From assembly GCA_002269645.1 (NCBI GenBank), contig NIVC01002158.1, forward strand, positions 124,001 through 188,000: a stretch of 64,000 bases of DNA, read 5' to 3'. Source of the DNA: Macrostomum lignano (taxonomy: Eukaryota). The first letter of the stretch is position 1; each line of letters opens with the position of its first letter. Below are positions 62,601 to 64,000 of the stretch, in pieces. A program made the position numbers and the translations under genes. The notes beneath the pieces are model-generated. The model ran no database searches. It was not told the origin of the DNA and saw only the letters and a list, made by a program, of their open reading frames with translations.

Positions 62601-64000
62601 TGTGTAGCGGAGCACTTGGCGTATAAGGGCAGGAAACTGCCGTAGTTAATTTATTGTTGAGATCAATATTAGAACTGGTTAATGTCAATACAAAACTTAT
62701 TGCGCTTTGGGACACTGGCGGCTGCAACAATGGTTTCAATGGTTTGGAAGGTAATTTCGAATGATGAAGTCGAGTAGCAGGCGAAGGATACAATGGCGAC
62801 GCAACGTAGTGAGTGATGGCGATGAGCACAGTGGAGGCAGTGAGTAGTAAGTAAACAGGCAGATAAGTAGCGGTGAGAGTGGCGTTAGCTGTGGCAGTAC
62901 ACTGGAGTACAGTGTGTAAACAGGCTGGCCCAGACAGAGGAGCCGTGGCGAGAGATAAGGAGACTCGAGGTAGCCAGGAGAGAGAGAAGGAAAACGAGAG
63001 CCAGACGCCGAAGCCAGAAGTGAGGAGGCCCCCAGCCCGCCGCCAGGCGGGGGTTAATAAAGAGCGCAGAAGGGTTAGCATAAAACACGGAGAGTTTTCA
63101 TTGGCTGGCGAGAGAACTTGAAATTATCGATCGTGCTAAAATTTACAGACGAACGCAAGGCCTACCAAATACACAGTGAATTAGCCATTGATACAGATTA
63201 TTTGCACGCTACTACAAGTAACCGTTAAAATAAACTATTGGAGAAATTAAAATGAGAAATTGCAAGGGAAACTACAGTCCAACGGCCCTTTTGCGGGACC
63301 ACCTTAAACTAGCAACGTCACAATTCCCTTTGTGGTGGTAAGGTCGTAGAGTGCAGCTAAAGTCTCTCAAGGCGGACTTGAGTTGAGGAATGAAGTGCGG
63401 AGCGGTGTGCGAGGTTTGGACGGATTAAAGCCGTCCCAATCAGTTTTGTCGCATCTTTTATTTCAAATTAGTCCCAGAGAAATTGCTCTGGCGCATAGAG
63501 GCGACTTTTCAGTTTTACTGAGTAGCTTGCATTGTGCTAATTAGATAGCAAGACATAATTAGCCGTAATAATAGCCAAAGTTACTCCTGCCGTTTACCCG
63601 AAGTTGCGTTAATTTTACTTAGTTTTCTTTCATAGGTAAGTGAGTCGCATTTTCGGTAAAAAAGGTAAGCGCCCTGACGAATCCGGCCTGAACCGGTGTA
63701 ATGCCAACCATTATCCTAGGCAGAGCCTAGCAACGCCATCAAGGATAAAAGCCATCCGACCGGGCGGGAGATCTAGCTTGGACAACTCCGCCTGCCACTC
63801 GGCCAGATTGAGATCAGAGGATAAAACAGGAGGAATAAAATTCGCGCTATGATCGAGTCAGTGTTGCGGTTTCTCCTCACCGCTCGATTCGTCGCGGTGG
63901 AAGGCTGCCTCAGAGTGCGCCAGGCCGCATCTTCGGCAGCGATGCAGGAACCGACAGCTCTTTCGTTCGCACCCGCGTATCCTGTTGTAGTCGAAGCAAA
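62601..64000 (+). mobile_element. Possible 5' LTR and leader of an LTR retrotransposon, truncated by the window end
   Basis: TG...CA block 62601-63100 with AATAAA near its end, followed by TTGGCTGGCG (PBS-like). No gag/pol or second LTR is visible. Confidence 0.25.

Overview
Eukaryotic (metazoan) genomic DNA. The mix of GC-rich exons, AT-rich introns and intron minisatellites suggests a free-living flatworm such as Macrostomum, but that is an inference. About 44 kb (5032-49094, +) is a complete cytoplasmic dynein-1 heavy chain gene: 18 exons per transcript, 13,872 nt spliced CDS, 4623 aa. It has two equal-length (196 nt), same-phase alternative exons that each encode most of the microtubule-binding domain, plus a further candidate alternative exon at the start of the C-terminal cap. 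Intron 11 holds a 12.5 kb nest of two related CACTA/EnSpm (CMC) DNA transposons; the inner one carries an intact transposase ORF and a spliced DUF4806-like gene. Downstream are an intronless MRGBP/Eaf7 gene and a 5-exon coiled-coil gene. From 44.5 to 61.1 kb there are 12 copies of a ~160 nt H/ACA-snoRNA-like RNA whose guide pocket matches LSU rRNA at the yeast U2944-equivalent site, and 3 copies of a second H/ACA-like RNA. They sit in cassettes with conserved spacer motifs. Also present: a decayed mariner, a hAT-type MITE, a tRNA/CORE-like SINE and about 20 tandem-repeat arrays, which explain most of the long spurious ORFs. No CRISPR array or prokaryotic system is present.
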